Positions 59,178 through 64,000 of a DNA stretch of 64,000 nucleotides are shown here, in pieces (position 1 is the first letter of the stretch; each line of letters begins with the position of its first letter). The position numbers and the translations under genes are program-made. Under the pieces are notes generated by a model. That model ran no database searches. It saw only the letters and a list, made by a program, of their open reading frames with translations, and had not been told where the DNA came from. Origin of the DNA: Thalassobaculaceae bacterium (GTDB lineage: Bacteria; Pseudomonadota; Alphaproteobacteria; Thalassobaculales; Thalassobaculaceae); NCBI GenBank assembly GCA_965228875.1, contig OZ245843.1, forward strand, positions 4,198,616 to 4,262,615, written 5' to 3'.

Positions 59178-61709
59178 TCAGCAGGCGCCCACGGCTTCGT
59201 CGTCGACCGCCGGCTGCTTGTCGTGTGCGGGCAGCCAGATCGACGCGACGGTGCCGCCCTTTGCGCCGCCCTCGATCGTGAGGCTCCCGTTCTGCTGTTC
59301 GATCAGGGACTTGGTGATCGCCAGCCCGAGTCCGGATCCGCCCGGGCCGTCAGACGTCAGAGGGTCGTCGCGACGCAGGAACGGTTCGCCGATCCGCTTG
59401 AGCACGGCGTCGGGGACCCCGTCTCCCTGATCCTCGATGGCGAAACGCACGCCGTCGTCGATCCGGACCGTCCGAACCGCGACCCGGCTCCCCGACGGCG
59501 AGAACTTCGCCGCGTTCGAGAGCAGGTTGAGCAGGCACTGAAGCGTCAGTCGGCGGTCGCAGAGCACCACGTCCGCGTTGTTCATCTCGGTCACGACCTC
59601 GATGTTTCTGCGCGAGAAGGCCGGTCCGGTCGTCGTCAGGGCTTCCTTGACCAGGGTCTCCGAGGGTACCGGCATGATGTCGATCTCGGCTTTGCCCGCC
59701 TGAATCTTCGACAGGTCGAGGATATCGTCGATCAGTTCCAGCAGGTGTTCGCCGCTCAGCTTGATATCGGAGACGTACTCCTGGGTCCGCTCCGGTCCCA
59801 GGCGCTCGATGCCCAGGGTCGTCAGCAACTCCGAAAAGCCGATGATCGCGTTGAGCGGCGTGCGCAGCTCGTGACTCATGTGCGCGAGGAACTGATCCTT
59901 GGCTTCGCTGTTGCGGTGGGCCTCCTCAAGAAGAAGCCGCAGTTGGTGGGAGAGGCGGACGAGTTCGTCCTTGGTCTTGACCGTGTCGGACATGTCGTGG
60001 GCGGTGGCCGTGACCATCGGTTTGCCGCCGACCAGATACCGGGCGAGCATGACCTGGGCCGGGAATGTCGTGCCGTCCTTGCGCTGCGCCTGCACGATCC
60101 GCAGGAAGGACATGGGGCCGGGGCTGGAATCCGGATCCTCGATGTAGTTCCGCGCCAGCTCGCCGTGGGAGCGGCGGGCGAAGTCCGGAACGAGGTTCTG
60201 GATGGACTTGCCGATGATCTCGTCCTTCTCCCATCCGAACAGCCGCACGGCCGCCTGGTTGAAGCTGGCGATCTTCTGATCCGCATCGACGGTGAGGATG
60301 GCGTCCGGTGCGGCGGAGAGGATCGCCTCGACCTCATCGCGATCCTGGGCGATGACCTGCCGCGCCGTAACCTGTTCGGTGACGTCTTCCTGGATGCCGA
60401 CGAAGTGGGTGATGCGGTCTTCACCGTCGCGGATCGGCGACAGGTTGAGCGTGAGCCAGAATGTCTCTCCGTTCTTGCGCCTGTTCCGCAGCGTCACGGT
60501 GCAGGGCTCACCGAGTCTGAGGGAGCGGCGGACGGTCTGGAGCTCGGGCTGATCCGGCAGGCCGCGGTTCAGGAGCCGACAGTTCGTGCCGAGGATTTCC
60601 TCCGGGGCGTAGCCCGTGATCTCGGTGAAGGCCTTGTTGACGTATACGACCGGATGGTCGTCCCGCGCTTCGGCGATGAGAACGCCGCAGACGGCGGAGT
60701 CCAACGCGGTACTGTTCAGTCGGATCTGGCCAAGCAGGTCCTCTTCGCGCGTCACGTCGATGTTCACGCCGATCATGTGGCGCGGCGCCCCGGTCTCGGC
60801 GTCCCGCACGAAGTCGCCATGGCCGACGATGTGCCGGACCTGTCCGTCCGGGGTCCGGATCCGGAACCGGCTCTCGAACGGGGTCCCGCTCGCCTTCGCC
60901 GCGTTCAGTGCCTCGGCGACGTGGTTCCGGTCCTCCGGAAGAATCCGGTCGACGAAAGACTGATAGCTCTGATCGGAACTGCCCGAGGGCGTGCCTATGA
61001 GGTCCTGCTGTACCGAGTCCCACGAGATCCGGTCCGTGGACAGATCGTGTGACCAAACACCGATCCTCGCGGTCTGTCGCGCGAAACTCGAGGTGGTGGT
61101 CTCCAACTGGTAGCGGTCCCGCTCCTCGGAGAGATTCAGCAGAAACTGGATGGTGAGACCGAGCAGGGGGATGGAGATCAGATTTCCGGCAAGCAGGACC
61201 GGCCAGAACTCGAGGAACGCCGCGATACCGACTTCCATCGACGGGGCCAGCAGGAAGCTCGGTGCGGTGAAGGCGGTGCTGACGACGGCAAGCAGCAGGG
61301 AGCATTTCACGCCGAGCTTGCCGCGGCCGCCCCGGCGGCTGAACCATCCGAAGGCGACGCCCGCGACCGGGTACAGGGCGATGCTGACGATCCCGGTCAG
61401 GGCGAACGGGCCGCCGACATGATAGCGAGCGATGGCGCCGAGGCCGGCGGCGATGGCGCCGCCAAGCGGGCCGGCGAAATATCCCGCCATGACGAGGGGG
61501 GCGCCCCGGTTGTCGAATGTGGCGCCGTACGGCCCTTGGATCGGCGCCCCGACGACGAGGACCGAGATCCCACCCAGGATAAGCCCGAAGGTCGCCGCCT
61601 GCGCGTTGCCGAACGATGGCAGGCGCCAGTACTGCATGACGAGAACCAGGGCGATGGCACCGAGGCTGAGCAGGCTGATGTTCTGGATGACGGAAAACGC
61701 GGTTTCCAT
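59178..61709 (-). CDS. Sensor histidine kinase: LytS-type 5TM + PAS + LOV-like PAS + FixL-like PAS + HisKA/HATPase
   Basis: FDNRG...AGPLGG...ARYHVGG (5TM-LytS); GTNCRLLN...GIQ; RSH...QRKDG; SHELRTPLN, NLLSNAAK, DQGDG, GSGLGL. Confidence 0.88.
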   Translation of the reverse strand: METAFSVIQNISLLSLGAIALVLVMQYWRLPSFGNAQAATFGLILGGISVLVVGAPIQGPYGATFDNRGAPLVMAGYFAGPLGGAIAAGLGAIARYHVGGPFALTGIVSIALYPVAGVAFGWFSRRGGRGKLGVKCSLLLAVVSTAFTAPSFLLAPSMEVGIAAFLEFWPVLLAGNLISIPLLGLTIQFLLNLSEERDRYQLETTTSSFARQTARIGVWSHDLSTDRISWDSVQQDLIGTPSGSSDQSYQSFVDRILPEDRNHVAEALNAAKASGTPFESRFRIRTPDGQVRHIVGHGDFVRDAETGAPRHMIGVNIDVTREEDLLGQIRLNSTALDSAVCGVLIAEARDDHPVVYVNKAFTEITGYAPEEILGTNCRLLNRGLPDQPELQTVRRSLRLGEPCTVTLRNRRKNGETFWLTLNLSPIRDGEDRITHFVGIQEDVTEQVTARQVIAQDRDEVEAILSAAPDAILTVDADQKIASFNQAAVRLFGWEKDEIIGKSIQNLVPDFARRSHGELARNYIEDPDSSPGPMSFLRIVQAQRKDGTTFPAQVMLARYLVGGKPMVTATAHDMSDTVKTKDELVRLSHQLRLLLEEAHRNSEAKDQFLAHMSHELRTPLNAIIGFSELLTTLGIERLGPERTQEYVSDIKLSGEHLLELIDDILDLSKIQAGKAEIDIMPVPSETLVKEALTTTGPAFSRRNIEVVTEMNNADVVLCDRRLTLQCLLNLLSNAAKFSPSGSRVAVRTVRIDDGVRFAIEDQGDGVPDAVLKRIGEPFLRRDDPLTSDGPGGSGLGLAITKSLIEQQNGSLTIEGGAKGGTVASIWLPAHDKQPAVDDEAVGAC

Positions 61710-62001
61710 ACCCCTACCCCCGAACCCGGCGCGGTAGCCGGGACGCCGTCTCACCCAGGACGACGGAACACACGTTCTCGCGCCCCTGCCCGGGACAGGA
61801 ATACTCTCCCCTTTTCTTTCTCGGCCCGAGCATCAATGACGATCCGCACCGTGATGTAACGAGTCTCGCGCGTGTTCCTGTAGCAAACCCAAAAAAAACA
61901 GTCTGCTACCGATGATGCTATATCGGGTTGGACAGGGCAACACCGCCTCCCCGTCAAACCGCTCCCGGTCGGTGGTGGGGAGGGCCGGCGTGACCTGGAC
62001 G

Positions 62002-62033
62002 AAAAAAAGACCGGGCCGTTTCCGGCCCGGTCT
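62002..62033 (-). terminator. Rho-independent terminator of ahcY
   Basis: Minus strand reads AGACCGGGCCG-GAAA-CGGCCCGGTCT followed by a T run. Confidence 0.9.
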
Positions 62034-62060
62034 CCCGTCACAGCGATCGATAGTGTTCGA

Positions 62061-63356
62061 TCAGTAGCGGTAGGCTTCCGGCTTGAACGGACCTTCCGTG
62101 GTCACGCCGATATACGCGGCCTGCTCCTCGGAGAGCTTGGACAGCGCGGCGTTGATCTTCTTGAGGTGCAGTTCGGCCACCCGCTCGTCCAGCTTCTTCG
62201 GCAGGACGTAGACCTGGCGATCGTACTTGTCGTGGTTCTTCCACAGCTCGATCTGCGCCAGGGTCTGGTTCGAGAACGAGGCGCTCATCACGAAGCTCGG
62301 GTGGCCGGTGGCGCAGCCGAGGTTCACCAGCCGGCCCTCGGCCAGCAGGATCATCCGCTTGCCGTCCGGGAACACGATCTCGTCCACCTGCGGCTTCACG
62401 TTCTCCCACGTGTAGTTGCGCAGGCCGTCCACCTGGATCTCGTTGTCGAAGTGGCCGATGTTGCAGACGATCGCCCGGTCCTTCATCGCCCGCATGTGGT
62501 CGACGGTGATGATGTCCTTGTTGCCGGTGGCGGTGACGAAGATGTCGGCGCGCGGCGCGGCGTCGTCCATCGTCACGACCTCGAAGCCCTCCATCGCCGC
62601 CTGCAGGGCGCAGATCGGGTCGACCTCGGTGACCACGACCCGGGCGCCGGCGTTGCGCAGCGACTGGGCCGAGCCCTTGCCGACATCGCCATAGCCGGCG
62701 ACGCAGGCGACCTTGCCGGCGAACATCACGTCGGTCGCCCGGCGGATGCCGTCGGCCAGGCTCTCTCGGCAGCCGTACAGATTGTCGAACTTCGACTTGG
62801 TGACGCTGTCGTTCACGTTGATGGCCGGGACCATCAGCGTGCCCTTCTTGGCCATCTCGTAGAGACGATGCACGCCGGTGGTGGTCTCCTCCGACACGCC
62901 CTTCACGTCCTTCATGAGCTCGGGATAATCCTCGTGCATCATGACCGTGAGGTCGCCGCCGTCATCCAGCAGCATGTTCGGGCGCCAGCCGTCCGGACCC
63001 TCGATGGTCTGGCGGATGCACCACTCGTACTCCTCCTCGGTCTCGCCCTTCCAGGCGAAGACAGGGATGCCGGCGGCGGCGATGGCGGCGGCCGCCTGAT
63101 CCTGGGTCGAGAAGATGTTGCACGACGACCAGCGGATCTCGGCGCCGAGCGCGATCAGCGTCTCGATCAGCACGGCGGTCTGGATGGTCATGTGCAGGCA
63201 GCCGGTGATCCGCGCGCCCTTCAGCGGCTGCGACGGACCGTATTCCTCGCGGATCGCCATCAGGCCCGGCATTTCGGTCTCGGCGATCGCGATCTCGCGA
63301 CGGCCCCAGCCGGCCAGCGAGATGTCGGCGACCTTATAGTCGGTGAAGTCGGCCAT
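62061..63356 (-). CDS. ahcY: Adenosylhomocysteinase (SAH hydrolase)
   Basis: [55 protein letters not shown]. Confidence 0.97.
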   Translation of the reverse strand: MADFTDYKVADISLAGWGRREIAIAETEMPGLMAIREEYGPSQPLKGARITGCLHMTIQTAVLIETLIALGAEIRWSSCNIFSTQDQAAAAIAAAGIPVFAWKGETEEEYEWCIRQTIEGPDGWRPNMLLDDGGDLTVMMHEDYPELMKDVKGVSEETTTGVHRLYEMAKKGTLMVPAINVNDSVTKSKFDNLYGCRESLADGIRRATDVMFAGKVACVAGYGDVGKGSAQSLRNAGARVVVTEVDPICALQAAMEGFEVVTMDDAAPRADIFVTATGNKDIITVDHMRAMKDRAIVCNIGHFDNEIQVDGLRNYTWENVKPQVDEIVFPDGKRMILLAEGRLVNLGCATGHPSFVMSASFSNQTLAQIELWKNHDKYDRQVYVLPKKLDERVAELHLKKINAALSKLSEEQAAYIGVTTEGPFKPEAYRY

Positions 63357-63589
63357 GGATGTCCTCGTCTCCTGTCTAACGGAGCTGCCCCGGACGGCTT
63401 CGGTGCCCGCGCCCGGGAAGCTAGCTCGCATGGATGTCGGCCTCGGGGCGCGTATAGCAAGGCGGGGGTGGAACGGCAAGGCGAGGGGCGGGCCCGAGGC
63501 CAAATGCCGGACGCCTGCCGCCCGGTCCCGGACCGGCGCAAACGCCGCGCCCGGCCCCTTTCATGGGCCGGGAGACCGCATCCTGCGGG

Positions 63590-64000
63590 CTACTGAAGCT
63601 CGAGCGGCTTGACGTCCGAACCGATCTCGATCCGCCAGCCGTCCATCATCGTCCCCGCCAGGTTCAGGTGGGAGGTCAGGTAGAACAGCCGGTCGGTCTC
63701 CGGCGTGTCGTAGCCCATCTGCTTGGCCTTGTTGGCGAGTTCGAAGCGCTCGAAGAACCAGGACGGCTGGAACGACTGGTAGTAGAAGCGGGCTGTGACC
63801 GACTCCACCGGCTTGTCGCCGAGCGTTCCGCCCGCGATGCGGTACCGCAGGCGGTCGGTGCCGGTGTTCGGGCTCGCCGCGAACTCCGGATCGTCGCCGG
63901 TGCCGTAGGGCTCGGTCGCCTGCATGAACTCGAACAGCAGGTCGCCCTGGTCGGCGATGTCGGAATCGGGCGACTTGCCGGCGAACTCCGCCGCCGTCAC
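63590..64000 (-). CDS. Hypothetical protein, C-terminal fragment (gene starts beyond the window)
   Basis: Open frame with coding-like codon usage runs to the window edge; function not recognisable from the fragment. Confidence 0.65.
   Translation of the reverse strand: MTAAEFAGKSPDSDIADQGDLLFEFMQATEPYGTGDDPEFAASPNTGTDRLRYRIAGGTLGDKPVESVTARFYYQSFQPSWFFERFELANKAKQMGYDTPETDRLFYLTSHLNLAGTMMDGWRIEIGSDVKPLELQ

Noticed and set aside
63357..63460. Possible SAH or SAM riboswitch upstream of ahcY
   Set aside because: A hairpin (63382-63427) and a 10-bp direct repeat CATGGATGTC are present, but I could not find the conserved GAGGAGCG/AGGCUC core of SAH riboswitches. An Rfam scan would settle it.

Overview
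High-GC (about 70% by eye) alphaproteobacterial chromosomal region, probably Rhodospirillales-like (inferred from gene content, not verified). It is densely coding and mostly on the minus strand. I found no mobile elements, rRNA, tRNA or CRISPR arrays. Contents in order: (1) the end of a glycerol-type ABC transporter operon (glpP/Q/U/V-like); (2) an uncharacterised three-gene unit (degenerate M19 dipeptidase, 566-aa unknown, DUF3726-like); (3) a LacI-controlled carbohydrate ABC operon with mgsA embedded, ending in a DhaK-DhaL kinase; (4) an AtzG/AtzE-like amidase pair and an enolase-superfamily gene; (5) a full assimilatory nitrate cluster (nasTS, ANTAR leader, ABC transporter, nirBD, nasA, ybiB-like, cysG); (6) LysR, a ComDE-like decarboxylase, an acyl-CoA dehydrogenase and a CoA transferase; (7) a universal stress protein; (8) a copper locus (DUF2946 CxxC/RAPP leader, unannotated 53-aa ORF, YcnI-PCuAC fusion); (9) an lva-like phosphotransferase/ACAD/CoA-ligase/GntR unit; (10) an orphan carbamoyltransferase; (11) an ammonium transporter-histidine kinase fusion; (12) TAXI-TRAP plus gamma-glutamyltransferase; (13) cysG-DUF2849-cysI-DUF934 with a divergent Lrp; (14) a 5TM/PAS/LOV-like/PAS histidine kinase; (15) ahcY. 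The most interesting items are the RAPP-stalling attenuator, whose hairpin hides the Shine-Dalgarno of an unannotated small membrane peptide, the orphan Amt-HAMP-kinase, and the multi-input LOV-like kinase. All family assignments come from motif recognition by eye; no database searches were run.
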